Shown here: in pieces, positions 1 to 11,666 of the stretch | Position numbering within the stretch: position 1 is the first letter of the stretch | Layout: each line of letters opens with the position of its first letter | NCBI GenBank assembly: GCA_965223075.1 | Contig: OZ244986.1 | Location: 3,204,462-3,268,461 of the forward strand | Length of the DNA stretch: 64,000 nt | Origin: Candidatus Marinacidobacterium sp. | GTDB taxonomy: Bacteria; Acidobacteriota; Vicinamibacteria; Marinacidobacterales; Marinacidobacteraceae | Direction: 5' to 3' | The notes under the pieces: model-generated | Told to the model about the DNA's origin: nothing | Seen by the model: only the letters and a program-made list of their open reading frames with translations | Databases searched by the model: none | Translations under genes and position numbers: made by a program

Positions 1-66
1 GTTGAGGAAGTCATCGACCATGCTTGGTTCCGGCCTGATCTTCCAGTGTATGAGCACGACAACCAT
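1..66 (-). CDS. Partial CDS, 5' end only (continues beyond the window start); N-terminus MVVVLIHWKIRPEPSMVDDFLN resembles an ABM-type small monooxygenase
   Basis: ATG on the minus strand at 64-66 is preceded by GGAGG 7 nt upstream; only 22 codons are visible; not in the ORF track because it is too short. Confidence 0.25.
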   Translation of the reverse strand, partial: MVVVLIHWKIRPEPSMVDDFLN

Positions 67-310
67 TTGATGACCTCCATAGGTTACGGCGTGTTGTTGC
101 CTGTCTAGTCTGACCTAACTGGACAGTTCGTGCGGGGCTACGGGAGGGGCGCCGGCGGGCCGGGTCGGCGAACTTCTTCACAAGGAGGGCAAGATCGTTG
201 GCGCCGCGGAAACCAGATGTCCGATGCCGGTCGTGCCGTAGGATGTGGCGACAGTCACGACTGCACACACAAAGCCGGACGAAGAGCGGTGCCGAGTCAC
301 TAGTTTTGGT

Positions 311-437
311 TTCGCGCTCCTGCGCGATGCCGACCGGAGGTCGGCGTTCCAAGCCGTCCCCGCGCTTCTTCGCGGTTGGCGATGCACGATCTCGCTGCGC
401 ATCGCGCAGCGGTGCCGGTCTGAAGACCGGCGTTCCC
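311..437. repeat. REP-like intergenic repeat unit with hairpins GCCGACCGGAGGTCGGC and GCCGGTCTGAAGACCGGC
   Basis: Same ~70-120 bp motif (AAGCGCGGGGACGGCTTGGAACGCCGACCTCCGGTCGGC...) recurs at more than 10 intergenic loci in both orientations. Confidence 0.8.
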
Positions 438-502
438 TTCTGGGCGGCTCCATTCGGGTGGCTGGCATCGCCGAAGGGCCGCGCCTATGCGGAATGTCCC
501 CG

Positions 503-1795
503 CTACCCGTCGCGGGCGATCCGGATCCCCGTCGCCTGCCAGCGGGCGTCGGGTCGGAGGACGTGACGGTAGGTAGCGCGCATGTGGGAAGCCGGCGTGA
601 AGCAGGACCCGCCGCGGAGCACCATCCGGCCGGACATGGACCTGCCGCTGGATTGGCCGAAGACCCCGGACGGGCGGAACCCCGGGTAGGGGAGATAGGC
701 GCTCGCCGTCCACTCCCAGGCGTCCCCGAAGAGCTGGGTCGGGCCGGATCCCCCGGGATGTGTCTCTTTCGGCGCGGGTGACGGCCACAGGCCGCCGTCT
801 TCGAGGAAATTCCCCTTGACCGGCCGGTCCACCGCCGCCGACTCCCACTCGAACTCGGTGGGCAGCCGGGCTTCCCGCCAGCGCGCGAAGGCGTCGGCTT
901 CGAAGTAGCTGATGTGGATGACCGGGGCGTCGGGCGCCAGCGGCGCCAGCCCGCCCAGGGAAAACTCGGCAAGACCGTTGCCCTGCCGGACCCAGTGGAG
1001 CGGCGCTTCCCAGCCTCCGGCGACCCTGGCGTCCCACCCGTCCGAAAGCCACAGCGAGGACTCGCGGTATCCGCCCTCCTCGATGAACTCGAGGTACTCG
1101 CCGTTCGTGATCAACCGCGAGGCGAGCTGGAACGGCTCGACGAGCCGCTCATGACGGGGCCTCTCGTCGTCGAAGGCGAACCCCGCTCCCCGGTGGCCGA
1201 AGGGCAGCGTTCCTCCGGCGAAGGCGACGAAGCGGAGCGGCGGGGGAACTCCTCCCCCCGCCCCGGTGGGGGCGTCGCGGTAGGCGGGATAGAGCGGGTT
1301 CCTCGAGAACATGTGTTTCAGGTCGGCGAGCAGCCGCTCCTGGTGCTGCTGCTCGTGGTGCAGCCCGAGCACCACCACTTCCCGGACGTCCTCGGGAAGC
1401 TCCCCGACAAGGCGTTCCTCCATCGCCTCATCCACCCGGCGCCGGTAGTCGAAGACCTCGGCCACTGTCGGCCGCGACAAGACGCCCCGGTCGCGGCTGA
1501 CCTCGACGCCGGCGGCGGAGACGCCAAAGATCTCCTGATACTCGGGGCGGGCCGGGGAATGCCCGAGCCCGTCCCGTTCCAGCACGCCCTCCCGGGTGAG
1601 CACGCCCTCCCGCGCGAGCACGAAGGTCTCGAAGAACCACGAAGTGTGGCCAAGGTGCCACTTCGCCGGACGCGCGTCCGGCATGGACTGCACCACGTAG
1701 TCCTCGATGGCGAGTGGCGCCACGAGTTCCGTGGTCTGCCGCCGGACCCGACGGAACGCGTCCCCCAAGGCGGAAGGAGCCTCGGCTGCGGTCAT
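503..1795 (-). CDS. egtB: EgtB-like sulfoxide synthase (DinB_2 N-domain plus FGE-sulfatase/SUMF1 C-domain)
   Basis: HLGHTSWFFE DinB-type metal-binding motif near the N-terminus; C-terminal FGE-like RGGSCFT...R motif; ATG at 1793-1795; only 20 bp downstream of the HlyD gene stop. Confidence 0.75.
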   Translation of the reverse strand: MTAAEAPSALGDAFRRVRRQTTELVAPLAIEDYVVQSMPDARPAKWHLGHTSWFFETFVLAREGVLTREGVLERDGLGHSPARPEYQEIFGVSAAGVEVSRDRGVLSRPTVAEVFDYRRRVDEAMEERLVGELPEDVREVVVLGLHHEQQHQERLLADLKHMFSRNPLYPAYRDAPTGAGGGVPPPLRFVAFAGGTLPFGHRGAGFAFDDERPRHERLVEPFQLASRLITNGEYLEFIEEGGYRESSLWLSDGWDARVAGGWEAPLHWVRQGNGLAEFSLGGLAPLAPDAPVIHISYFEADAFARWREARLPTEFEWESAAVDRPVKGNFLEDGGLWPSPAPKETHPGGSGPTQLFGDAWEWTASAYLPYPGFRPSGVFGQSSGRSMSGRMVLRGGSCFTPASHMRATYRHVLRPDARWQATGIRIARDG

Positions 1796-1814
1796 GCCGC
1801 CTGCGGCACTCGCA

Positions 1815-3044
1815 TCAGCCGGACGCCGCGCTCGCCGCCGCCGGCGCCACCCGGACCCCGTCGTCCACGCTGTCCCCGGGGTACACGATCACCTGCTCGC
1901 CGACCTCCAGCCCACCGAGCACCTGCGCCTCCTGCCGGTTGCGCTCCCCGATCTCCACCGCCCGCTCGCTGGCCATTTCGTCTTGCACGACGAAGACGGC
2001 CCAGTTCTCCCCCCGGCGGAAGAGCGCCCCGACGGGCACCTTGACCTGCTCCTCCTGCTCCCAGACCACCACCCGGGTCTCGACCCGGTAGGCGTCGCCC
2101 AGGCTGGCCCGCGCCTGGTAAGGCTCTTCGAGCTCCATGACCACGTTGACGCGCTGCTCCTCGACCCCGAGAGCCGAGATCTTGGTGAACCCGGAAGGCT
2201 CCACCCGCAGGACGCGGCCTCGCAAGGGCCGGTCGCCGCCCCAGCGGTCGATGAGTGCGGACTGTCCGGCGCGCATCCGCACCGCGTCGTTCGAGAGGTA
2301 GTCGGTCACGACTTCGAGTTCGCGCGGGTCCCCGACTTCGAGCAGCGGCTCGCCGGCGGGCACTACCGCCTCGCTTTCCCGGAGCCGCCGCAGCACCACG
2401 CCGTCCACCGGCGAGAAGATCTGGATCGCTTCCGGATTTCCCGTGCCGGCGTCACCGGGGCGGAAACGGAAGCGCTGCACCCGGGCCCGGGCGACAGCGA
2501 GGTTGCCGCGCGCATCGCGGACCGCGAATTCGGCCGCCTCCAGCGCCTCCTGGCGGGTGTCGAGCTCGAGTTGGGCGATCTCGAGCTGTTCTTCCGAGGT
2601 GACGCCCTCTTCCTGGAGGCGGCGCAGGCGGTTCAGCGTGGATTCAGCGAACGCGCGCTCCTGCACGGCCTGCTCATGGAGCGCCTCGGCTTGGCCAACC
2701 ATGGCTTCCGCGGCTTCGACCGCGGCCTGGGCTTCCGCCCGCTGGCGGGGGTCGAGAGGCACCGGGGACGCCGGCAGGAACGAGGCGAGCACGCTCTCGG
2801 CGGCCAGCACCGGATCGCCGGGTTCGAGCTCGATGCGGAGAACCCGCCCGGCCACCGGCGCCGAAATCTCGAACCGGTCCCGGACCCGGGTTTCGCCCTC
2901 TTCGTCGAGCGTCACCGAAAGCGTCCCGCGCACCACCGAGGCCATGTCCACCGGCACCGGGCGGGGGCGGGAGGCGAGGGCGATCAGCGCCGCCACCGCC
3001 ACCAGGGCGATGCCCCAGAGGATGAGCCGGCGTCTCTTCTTCAT
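1815..3044 (-). CDS. HlyD/MacA-family periplasmic adaptor subunit of an ABC-type efflux pump
   Basis: N-terminal TM anchor, biotin-lipoyl-like and coiled-coil segments (ELDTRQEALEAAEFAVRDARGNLAVARARV); ATG at 3042-3044; directly downstream of the permease gene. Confidence 0.85.
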   Translation of the reverse strand: MKKRRRLILWGIALVAVAALIALASRPRPVPVDMASVVRGTLSVTLDEEGETRVRDRFEISAPVAGRVLRIELEPGDPVLAAESVLASFLPASPVPLDPRQRAEAQAAVEAAEAMVGQAEALHEQAVQERAFAESTLNRLRRLQEEGVTSEEQLEIAQLELDTRQEALEAAEFAVRDARGNLAVARARVQRFRFRPGDAGTGNPEAIQIFSPVDGVVLRRLRESEAVVPAGEPLLEVGDPRELEVVTDYLSNDAVRMRAGQSALIDRWGGDRPLRGRVLRVEPSGFTKISALGVEEQRVNVVMELEEPYQARASLGDAYRVETRVVVWEQEEQVKVPVGALFRRGENWAVFVVQDEMASERAVEIGERNRQEAQVLGGLEVGEQVIVYPGDSVDDGVRVAPAAASAASG

Positions 3045-3048
3045 GCGT

Positions 3049-5415
3049 TTACTCCCGGGTCTTCAGTACTTCCACCAGATCGAGGCGGTTCAATTTATGG
3101 CGAACCACGAGCGCGGAGAGCCCCATGGCGACGACCACCGCGCCGGACGCCAGCGCGAAGGTGCTCGCCTCGGCGACCATCGGGAGCCGGAACAGTTCCG
3201 TTTCGAAGGAGGCCAGCATCCCGGCGAGCATCGAGTAGCCGAGCCCCAACCCGACCGGGATCGCCACCAGCGTCAGGATCCCCAGTTCCCCGAACAGCAC
3301 GACGCCGATCTCCGCGCGGGTGAAACCCATCACCCGCATGCTGGCGAGTTCGCGGCTGCTCTCCGACAAGGAGATGCGCGCGGTGTTGTAGATCACGCCG
3401 AACGCGATGATGAGTGCGAACACGAGGTTGACCGCCATCGTGGAGTTCATGTTTTCGGCCACGAAGGTGTTGAAGCTCTCGAGCATCGCGTGCCGGAGCG
3501 CCACCCCGGCCACCACCGGCATCCCCTTGAGCGTCTCGTAAACCGACTCGCGTTCCAGCGGATCGATGCCGAGCGCGGCCCCGCCCAGATTCGCCGAGTC
3601 GCCGAGGAAGCGCTGGAGCGCCTCGGGCTCGAGGTAGGCGGACACGCCCATCAGGTCGTCCACCAACCCGCTCACCACCATGTCCCGCTCGGGGCGCGTT
3701 CCCTGGAGGGCTTCCACCCGGATCGTCTCTCCGGGGTCTACGTCGAGGGCCTTGGCGAGCACCCGCGACAGGATGAGTCCGGCCCGGTCGAGCTGCAGGG
3801 GTTGGTAGTCGGTGCCCACCACCCGCTGGAGACGGGCGTCGGCCTGCAACGCCTGGATCGAAACCTGGCGGTGCCGGGCCCCGTTTCGCAGGCGGACCGC
3901 CGCTCCGCGCATCGGTTCGACTTCGAGGACACCGGGAACCGCGGCGAGTTCGTAGAACGCGGCGCGTCCCTCCGGTTCGACGAAGGTCACCGTGACGTCC
4001 TGACGCTGGACGACGTTGAACTGGAGATCCATGAGCTCGGCGAACGAGTCCATGGAGGCGCTCGCCATCACCATGATGGCGGCCGAAAACGCGATCCCCA
4101 CGATCGACATCGCCGCCCGGAACGGCCGGCGCGACAGGTTACGCAGGACCATGCGGAGCGGTTGGGAGAGGAAGCGCCGGAGTCCCAGGCGCTCGAGCAG
4201 GGATACCCGGAACTTTTCGGGTGCGGCGGGACGCATCGCCTCCGCGGGCGGCAGGCGCACCACGCTCCGCACCGCCGAAGCCGCGCCTAGCACGGCTGCC
4301 GCCCCACAGGCGAAGAGCGCCGCCAGGATGTTCGACCAGTTCCAATGGGCCACGAGCGCCGGAAAGGTGTAGTACTCGAGATAGAGCGTCAGCATCGCGT
4401 CGCTCATGAGCGCCCCCAGCCCGATCCCGAGCGCTCCTCCGATGACCGACACAAGCACCGCCCACTGGACGAAGTGCAGCCCGAGGCGCAGGTTGGAGTA
4501 GCCGAGGGCCTTGAGCACGGCGATCTGTTCCCGCTGGACCGCGATCATCCGCCGGAGCACCACGTTCAGCAGGAAGGCGGCGATTCCCAGGAAGATCATG
4601 GGCAGCAGCAGCGCCATGCCGCGGAGTCCCATCATCTCGTTCTGGAGGTACCAGTGGGAGGTCTGCAGGGCGCGGGGGATCGCTCCCAGGCCGCCGTAGG
4701 TCTCGAGAAGGCGGTCCAGTTCGGCGATCGCGGGTTCGGCGGGCGCGCCCTCCGCGAGGGAAAGCGAGATGTCGTTGAAACCACCTTCCATGTCGAAGGC
4801 GGTGGCGAGGTGACGCCGCGTCAGCCAGAACAGCCCGAAGCGCTTCGGGTCCGGCAACAGGTCGCCGCCCGAAATGGCGTAGACGTACTCCGGCGACAAA
4901 ACGGTGCCCACGATCTCCAGCGTTTGACGGCGCCCGTTGATGACCGCGGCGACCTCGTCACCGAGTTGGAGGCCGTGCGCCCTGGCGAACCGCTCGTTCA
5001 CGAGCGCTTCCTCGGCGCGCCCCGGATCGGGCCAGCGGCCGCTCCGCACGACCACATCGTTCAGCACCGGGCGGCCGGTGTCCGGCACCGAGATCAGGCG
5101 GCCGTTCACCGGCTCGGTCATCCCCGGCACATCGAGCGTGACGCCTACCACCACGCGAATGGACACCTTCTCCACGCCCGGCAGCTCTTCGAAGCTCTCG
5201 GCGAGCCACCGGGGAGCCCGCTTGGTGCCCGCGAACACGTCGGCGAACTCCGTCTGGGCGTAATAGCGGTCGCGGGTGGATTCCAGCGAATCGAAGCAGG
5301 TGAGCGACGCCACCAGGAGCGCGATGCCCGCCGCCACGACGACCGAGATGGCGAGCGCCATCGAACGGACCCGCCACAGGTCGCGCAGCAGCTTGCGGTC
5401 GAGCGCGCGGATCAT
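3049..5415 (-). CDS. ABC transporter permease, FtsX/MacB-like with duplicated FtsX domains
   Basis: 788 aa; N-terminal [15 protein letters not shown]... is typical of MacB/DevC permeases; large periplasmic domains flank 4+4 TM helices; ATG at 5413-5415. Confidence 0.85.
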   Translation of the reverse strand: MIRALDRKLLRDLWRVRSMALAISVVVAAGIALLVASLTCFDSLESTRDRYYAQTEFADVFAGTKRAPRWLAESFEELPGVEKVSIRVVVGVTLDVPGMTEPVNGRLISVPDTGRPVLNDVVVRSGRWPDPGRAEEALVNERFARAHGLQLGDEVAAVINGRRQTLEIVGTVLSPEYVYAISGGDLLPDPKRFGLFWLTRRHLATAFDMEGGFNDISLSLAEGAPAEPAIAELDRLLETYGGLGAIPRALQTSHWYLQNEMMGLRGMALLLPMIFLGIAAFLLNVVLRRMIAVQREQIAVLKALGYSNLRLGLHFVQWAVLVSVIGGALGIGLGALMSDAMLTLYLEYYTFPALVAHWNWSNILAALFACGAAAVLGAASAVRSVVRLPPAEAMRPAAPEKFRVSLLERLGLRRFLSQPLRMVLRNLSRRPFRAAMSIVGIAFSAAIMVMASASMDSFAELMDLQFNVVQRQDVTVTFVEPEGRAAFYELAAVPGVLEVEPMRGAAVRLRNGARHRQVSIQALQADARLQRVVGTDYQPLQLDRAGLILSRVLAKALDVDPGETIRVEALQGTRPERDMVVSGLVDDLMGVSAYLEPEALQRFLGDSANLGGAALGIDPLERESVYETLKGMPVVAGVALRHAMLESFNTFVAENMNSTMAVNLVFALIIAFGVIYNTARISLSESSRELASMRVMGFTRAEIGVVLFGELGILTLVAIPVGLGLGYSMLAGMLASFETELFRLPMVAEASTFALASGAVVVAMGLSALVVRHKLNRLDLVEVLKTRE

Positions 5416-5436
5416 CGGATGTCCTTCAAATCGGCC

Positions 5437-6123
<687 letters not shown>

Positions 6124-6254
6124 GGAGACGGCCAGGGAGCCGTTCGACGCGGCGGCGGTTCCGTTGCTGCTTCCGTTCAATTCGGTGTCCCGTTCGTTCG
6201 CCTACCTATACGGCGCGCAGCCTACCCTGTTCCGACACTTCGGTACCAGGGACG

Positions 6255-6455
6255 GAACGCCGACCTACAAAAAGCGCGGGAACGGCTTGGAACGCCGACC
6301 GGGAAGAAGCGCGGGGACGGCTTGGAACGCCGACCTCCGGTCGGCACCGCGGCCGAAGGCCGCGAACGGCGTGCGGCCGATCGACAAGCACCGCGGGGAC
6401 GGCTTGGAACGGCGACTTCAGATCGGCACCGCGGCCGAAGGCCGGGCACGGCGCA
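6255..6455. repeat. Cluster of 3 REP-like repeat units
   Basis: Three tandem copies of ...AAGCGCGGGGACGGCTTGGAACGCCGACC(TCCGGTCGGC)ACCGCGGCCGAAGGCC... Confidence 0.8.
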
Positions 6456-6500
6456 CTGCCGGCCCGGCTGAAACGCGCGCCGGGTCTCGCTCGCGCTGAC

Positions 6501-6833
6501 TCAGGCGGAGACTTGAGCCTGTTCTCCGTCGGTGCCGTCGGGGCGGTCCACCAATTCGATCCGGAGATCCTTGTCGAGGACCGCCGCCGCGCGGCTCATG
6601 GAGAGGAGGGTGACCGAGCGGTTCTTCGGATTGAGGAGGCGGTCGAGGGCCGCCCGGCTGGTCCTCATTCGGGCTGCCATTTCGGAGTTGGTGAATCCCT
6701 TCTGCTCAATGGCCCGCCTCATCTGAAACGCCAGGACCCGCTTGACTGCGGTGGCCCGGGCTTCCGCGAGCGTGTCGTCTTCTTCGAGGAGCCCATCGAG
6801 TGAAGAGCCGATGTGGGGGTTGTTCTTGGACAT
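6501..6833 (-). CDS. XRE-family HTH antitoxin (HigA-like)
   Basis: 110 aa; HTH segment FTNSEMAARMRTSRAALDRLL; sits immediately downstream of the Gp49-like toxin gene; ATG at 6831-6833. Confidence 0.7.
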   Translation of the reverse strand: MSKNNPHIGSSLDGLLEEDDTLAEARATAVKRVLAFQMRRAIEQKGFTNSEMAARMRTSRAALDRLLNPKNRSVTLLSMSRAAAVLDKDLRIELVDRPDGTDGEQAQVSA

Positions 6834-6878
6834 TTGTAGAGGAGTATTAGGTTCAGTATCTTGAGAGCTGAGTAAACG

Positions 6879-7253
6879 TTACGCCATGTCAGCCCTCCGA
6901 GTCCGAGCGAGATCGAGATCGCGCTTGGGTATTTGATCGGCTTTCTTGAAGAAGCCATGCAGAAGGATCATTTGGGTCTCGTGAACGCAGAACAGGACTC
7001 GGGCGATCCGGTTTCGCAGGCTGCTTCGCGTTTCGAAGAGCCCGTCGCCGAGCGGTCTGCAGACGGGCATTCCGATTGGCCAGCCGTACTCCACGGTCTT
7101 GATGTCGGTGCCGATGACCACGCGATCGTGCTTGTCCAGCCCTCGCAGCCATTCCCGAACCGGTTCGATCCCGTTTGGGGACCGGTAGAACCGTGCCGGG
7201 ACTCGTTTCGAGGGACCATCGACCAACGACCGTATCATAAATGATACACTCAT
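6879..7253 (-). CDS. Gp49-like/RelE-ParE superfamily toxin (HigB-like; DUF891/PF05973-type)
   Basis: 124 aa; paired head-to-tail with the XRE antitoxin; HGFFKK motif typical of Gp49-like toxins; ATG at 7251-7253. Confidence 0.65.
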   Translation of the reverse strand: MSVSFMIRSLVDGPSKRVPARFYRSPNGIEPVREWLRGLDKHDRVVIGTDIKTVEYGWPIGMPVCRPLGDGLFETRSSLRNRIARVLFCVHETQMILLHGFFKKADQIPKRDLDLARTRRADMA

Positions 7254-7785
7254 CGCCCGCCGGCGGTGGGCGACACCGCGTGCGGCTGCTTGCTGGGATG
7301 GTGCGCCGGCACGGTACCGCCGACCTCCGGGTCAACGTCGGGCGGCTTGCGCGCGGCCTCTGCCTCGGTGTGGGCAGCGTGCGGCATGGGGAACTCCTCC
7401 GTGGAGATGTGGTCAGCGGAAGACCCGATGTCTTCCCCTATCCCCATAGACGAAATTCCGGCTCGTTTCTTCTCACCTGTCACGCGTGATGTGGAAAACT
7501 CGGCGTGAGACCGCCGCACGCCGGCGGGCGAGACGCACGGGCTCCATGCATCGAATAGCGCCCCGTCGGCACGGAGCGCCGGACCTAGGGTCGCCAGTCC
7601 GCGTCGGGAATAAACCGGGTCATGAAGTCCTCGAAGAGCGGGACGGTGAAGGCGGTGTCTCCGTGGCTGGGACTCCAGACCATTCCCTGCGCGATCAGCT
7701 TGCTTCGGGTCGGACCGAGGGCGGTGACCGGCCTGTCGAGGACTTGGGATGTCACCCGGCCGATGCGGCCGGGCGCCGAACTCAG

Positions 7786-7856
7786 TTATAACGATCTTAG
7801 AAGTTTTGTCAGATTTCGATAACCTCCAAATATCGCTATAAACCTCCACCGGGGTG
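7786..7856 (+). promoter_or_regulatory. AT-rich (~35% GC) segment about 210 bp upstream of the defence operon; putative promoter region
   Basis: The only strongly AT-rich stretch in the 7.2-8.1 kb non-coding gap: agttataacgatcttagaagttttgtcagatttcgataacctccaaatatcgctataaacc. Confidence 0.3.
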
Positions 7857-8064
7857 CGGCGCTGGCGCTTGTCGGAGTGGCCCGGCACCTCGGGCCGGAG
7901 GCAGGGAGTGACGGCATGCACACCGGCCTCGTAACGTGCGACCTGAGATGGCAAGGGACGCACGAGTAGCGGGTACCTAACCGTCGCAGATTGCCCGGCG
8001 CAAGCGACCGTGACCCCTTCGCGGTCCACTACGATCCCGTCCGCCTCGCGAGGCACTCATTCCA

Positions 8065-11000
8065 TTGAAATTCGAAGACCTTCACCTCGGCACGCGTTTG
8101 CGCGGAGTCACCCCCGGCGTGGTAACGGTCGTCCAGGCCGAGCTGCGTGGGGACACCGCTCTCAGCCTCACCTATAAGGACGAAGCCGGCGCCCTCCACG
8201 AGGTCCTGCTCTTCCGGGACGACGAATCACGCCTCGAACTCGCCGGTCCCTGCCCGATCCGTTCCTTCGCCGCCGACCCGAAACAGTTCCTCCTCGCGGC
8301 GGAGGCCGAGCGGATTCGCCTTGCCCATCTCTTCGATCCGTACCTCGCCGTCCACACCTCGAAGATCGAACCCCTGCCCCATCAGATCACTGCCGTCTAT
8401 GGCGCGATGCTCGACCGTCACCCTCTGCGCTTCCTCCTCGCTGACGACCCCGGCGCAGGAAAGACGATCATGGCCGGGCTTCTCATCAAGGAACTCGTGC
8501 TGCGGGGCGATCTGGAGCGCTGCCTGGTCGTCGCGCCGGGTTCGCTCGTCGAACAGTGGCAGGACGAACTCGGCGAGAAGTTCGATCTCGACTTTGCGAT
8601 CCTCAGTCGGGATCTGCTCGCCGCGTCTCGGAGCGGCGACCCCTTCTCCGAGCATCCCCGACTGATTGCCCGGCTCGACATGCTGAGCCGCGGCGAGGAT
8701 CTGCAGGACCTGATCCGAAGCGCCGAGGAATGGGACCTCGTGGTCTGCGACGAGGCGCACCGGATGTCGGCAAGTTTCTTCGGCGCCGAGGCGAAGTACA
8801 CGAAGCGGTACCAGCTCGGGCGTCTGCTCCGGGACCGGGCGCGCCACTTCCTGTTGATGACCGCAACGCCGCACAACGGCAAGGAAGAGGACTTCCAGCT
8901 TTTCCTCGCTCTCCTCGATCCGGATCGCTTCGAGGGCCGTTTCCGTCCCGGCGTGCACTCGAAGGATGCAAGCGACACGCTGCGTCGGCTGACCAAGGAA
9001 GAGCTCCGCCGCTTCGACGGGACCGCGCTCTTCCCCGAGCGCCGCGCCTACACCGCCCAGTACGAATTGAGTGAGCCGGAGACCACGCTCTACGAGGCGG
9101 TCACGCAGTACGTCCGTGAGGAGATGAACCGCGCCGAGCGGTTCGCCGCGACCGACGACCGCCGCCGGGTGAACGTGGGCTTCGCCCTGACGGTGCTGCA
9201 ACGCCGGCTCGCGTCTTCGCCGGCCGCGATCCACGAGAGCCTGAAGCGGCGGCTCGCGCGCATGGAGGATCGGTTGACGGCGATGCGGGAAGGTGTTCCG
9301 GCGCCGGCCCCCGCTCCCACTCTCGATCCGGATGACCTTGAGGAGGCGACAGAAGAGGAGATCGAGACAACCGAGGAGCGCGTGCTCGACCAGGCGACCG
9401 CCGCGGCCACCATGGAGGAGCTGGAGACGGAGATCGAGACGCTCCGGCGCCTGGAGAAACAGGCGCGGGCTCTGCGCCTCCGCAACACGGACACCAAGTG
9501 GCGCGAGTTGAACACCGTCCTCGACCACCCGCTGATGACCGCCGGGAACGGCCACCGGCGCAAGCTCATTGTCTTCACCGAACCCCGGGACACTCTCGAA
9601 TACCTCGCCGACCGGATTCGCACCCGGCTCGGAAGGCAGGATGCGGTGGTGGTGATCCACGGCGGCGTGTCGCGCGAGGCCCGGCGCGACGCGGTGGAAG
9701 CGTTCATGAACGACCCCGAGGTGGTCGTCATGGTGGCGAACGACGCGGCGGGCGAGGGCGTGAACCTGCAGCGCGCTCATCTGATGGTGAACTACGACTT
9801 GCCCTGGAACCCGAATCGGCTGGAACAGCGTTTCGGGCGCATCCACCGGATCGGCCAGACCGAGGTCTGTCACCTCTGGAATCTGGTGGCGAAGGACACT
9901 CGTGAAGGCGAGGTCTATGGGCGTCTGCTGGAGAAGCTCGATGTGGCGCGAAAGGCGCTCGGCGGCCGGGTGTATGACGTTCTCGGCCGCCTGTTCGAGG
10001 GCAAGGCCATGCGGGACCTGCTCCTCGACGCGATCCGCTACGGGGAGAGTCCGGAAGCCCGGAACCGTCTCTTCGAGAAGGTGGATCAGGCCGCCGCCAC
10101 GGAGCGGATCGGAGAGTTGCTCGCCGAACGCGCGCTGGTCCGCGAGCACCTGAGCCCGGCGACCGTCGCCGAGATCCGTGACCAGATGGCTCGGGCGAGT
10201 GCCCGGCGGCTGCAGCCGCACTTCATCCGCCGGTTCTTCCTGGAAGCCTTCCGGGCGCTTGGCGGCAGCGTCCATAGGCGCGAGAGCGGGCGGTTCGAGA
10301 TCGCGCGCGTCCCGACCGACATCCGCGACCGGCTGCCCAGGAACCTTCGTCCGGCGGTGCAGCCTCGTTACGAGCGGATCTGCTTCGAGCGGAAAGACGC
10401 GGCCGGTCCGCCGTTCGCGGCCTTCGTGTGCCCCGGCCATCCGCTGCTCGACCGGACGCTCGGTGCGATCCTCGACCGATCGAGGTCGGCCCTCGCCGAG
10501 GGCGCGGTGCTGGTGAACGAAACGGACGACCGTCCGGAGATACGCGCCGAATTTGCGGTGCGAACCGCCGTCACGGATGGCCGAAAGACGCGCTCGGGCT
10601 CGCGGCGCACCATCTCCGAGCGGCTCGCCTTCGTCGAACTGGACGCGAGTGGCCGGGTGGGGAACGGCGGCCCGGCGCCGCACCTCGATTGCCGGCCGAT
10701 CCGGGACGAGGAGCGGGCTCTCCTCGGAGACCGGTTGAGCGCGGAGTGGCTGGGCGGCGACGACGCGATCATGGACCATGCGGTCGGTGCGCTCGTGCCG
10801 GAACACCTCGGCGAAGTCCGGATGCGCCGGGTCGCCGAGATCGAAAAGACGCAACAACAGGTGTTCGAGCGTCTCTCCCGGGAACGGACCCACTGGGACA
10901 ACCGCGCCAACCAGCTCCGGGCGCGGGAGCGCGCGGGGAAGCAGGGCCGCATCGCAGCAGCGCAAGCAGCTCGACGCGCCGAGGAGCTCGACGCCCGCCT

Positions 11001-11532
11001 GGAGCGGAGGATGGCGGAACTGGACCGGGAGGGAGACATTGCAGCCGCGCCCCCGCAGGTCATCGGAGCCTCGCTCGTCGTCCCGGGTGGTCTGCTCCGC
11101 CGGCTCTCGGGTCCCGCGCCCTCCGAGGTCGCGAGCCCCGAGGGTCGGGCCGCCGTGGAGCAGATCGGGATGGCGGCTGTCATGGAGGCGGAACGCGGGC
11201 TCCGGCGGGAGCCGCGTGACGTGAGCGCCGAGAACCGGGGCTACGACATCGAGAGCCGCGACCCGGCGACCGGGCGGCTGCGCTTCATCGAGGTCAAGGG
11301 GAGGCGCGCCGACGCGACCACGGTCACGGTGACCCGCAACGAGACCGCTGTCGCCCTGAACTCACTCGACCAGTCCCACGACTACATCCTCGCCATTGTG
11401 CTCGTCGAGCAGGGGTACGCCCGGCGCACCGCCTACGTAACCGACCCGTTCCGCGCCGGCGTGGACGACACCACCGAAGCAGTCACCCACAACCTGAAGA
11501 GGCTGTTGGCGCGTTCGCAGCAACCGACCTGA
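8065..11532 (+). CDS. SNF2-family helicase with C-terminal DUF3883 (restriction-endonuclease-like) domain
   Basis: ATP-binding DDPGAGKT, DEAH box VVCDEAHRM, helicase-C motif RFGRIHRIGQ, C-terminal GYDIESRD...RFIEVKGR...HDYILAIVLV (DUF3883 pattern); TTG start at 8065 with no in-frame ATG upstream. Confidence 0.9.
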   Translation: MKFEDLHLGTRLRGVTPGVVTVVQAELRGDTALSLTYKDEAGALHEVLLFRDDESRLELAGPCPIRSFAADPKQFLLAAEAERIRLAHLFDPYLAVHTSKIEPLPHQITAVYGAMLDRHPLRFLLADDPGAGKTIMAGLLIKELVLRGDLERCLVVAPGSLVEQWQDELGEKFDLDFAILSRDLLAASRSGDPFSEHPRLIARLDMLSRGEDLQDLIRSAEEWDLVVCDEAHRMSASFFGAEAKYTKRYQLGRLLRDRARHFLLMTATPHNGKEEDFQLFLALLDPDRFEGRFRPGVHSKDASDTLRRLTKEELRRFDGTALFPERRAYTAQYELSEPETTLYEAVTQYVREEMNRAERFAATDDRRRVNVGFALTVLQRRLASSPAAIHESLKRRLARMEDRLTAMREGVPAPAPAPTLDPDDLEEATEEEIETTEERVLDQATAAATMEELETEIETLRRLEKQARALRLRNTDTKWRELNTVLDHPLMTAGNGHRRKLIVFTEPRDTLEYLADRIRTRLGRQDAVVVIHGGVSREARRDAVEAFMNDPEVVVMVANDAAGEGVNLQRAHLMVNYDLPWNPNRLEQRFGRIHRIGQTEVCHLWNLVAKDTREGEVYGRLLEKLDVARKALGGRVYDVLGRLFEGKAMRDLLLDAIRYGESPEARNRLFEKVDQAAATERIGELLAERALVREHLSPATVAEIRDQMARASARRLQPHFIRRFFLEAFRALGGSVHRRESGRFEIARVPTDIRDRLPRNLRPAVQPRYERICFERKDAAGPPFAAFVCPGHPLLDRTLGAILDRSRSALAEGAVLVNETDDRPEIRAEFAVRTAVTDGRKTRSGSRRTISERLAFVELDASGRVGNGGPAPHLDCRPIRDEERALLGDRLSAEWLGGDDAIMDHAVGALVPEHLGEVRMRRVAEIEKTQQQVFERLSRERTHWDNRANQLRARERAGKQGRIAAAQAARRAEELDARLERRMAELDREGDIAAAPPQVIGASLVVPGGLLRRLSGPAPSEVASPEGRAAVEQIGMAAVMEAERGLRREPRDVSAENRGYDIESRDPATGRLRFIEVKGRRADATTVTVTRNETAVALNSLDQSHDYILAIVLVEQGYARRTAYVTDPFRAGVDDTTEAVTHNLKRLLARSQQPT

Positions 11533-11666
11533 GTGACAGGCATCGAACGCCCGAACCTCCCAATCCACGCCCGAAAACCGCCCGGGAGCGCCTTTTGCCG
11601 GAGATATACTGCCGATCCGATGAGGACTTGGCCCTCCTGAGTTCAGCCCTGACGGAAGGGAGATCC

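Noticed and set aside
7250-8056. 268-aa minus-strand ORF in the gap upstream of the defence operon
   Set aside because: No recognisable domain. Composition typical of random high-GC frames (R/P/G/S/H rich). No SD. Only a short sub-segment (7586-7782, reported separately) looks protein-like.
8227-10965. 912-aa minus-strand ORF antisense to the SNF2 helicase gene
   Set aside because: Arg/Gly/Pro-rich low-complexity translation with no motifs. It is fully overlapped by the plus-strand ORF, which has clear helicase motifs. This is a typical stop-codon-poor antisense frame in 70% GC DNA.
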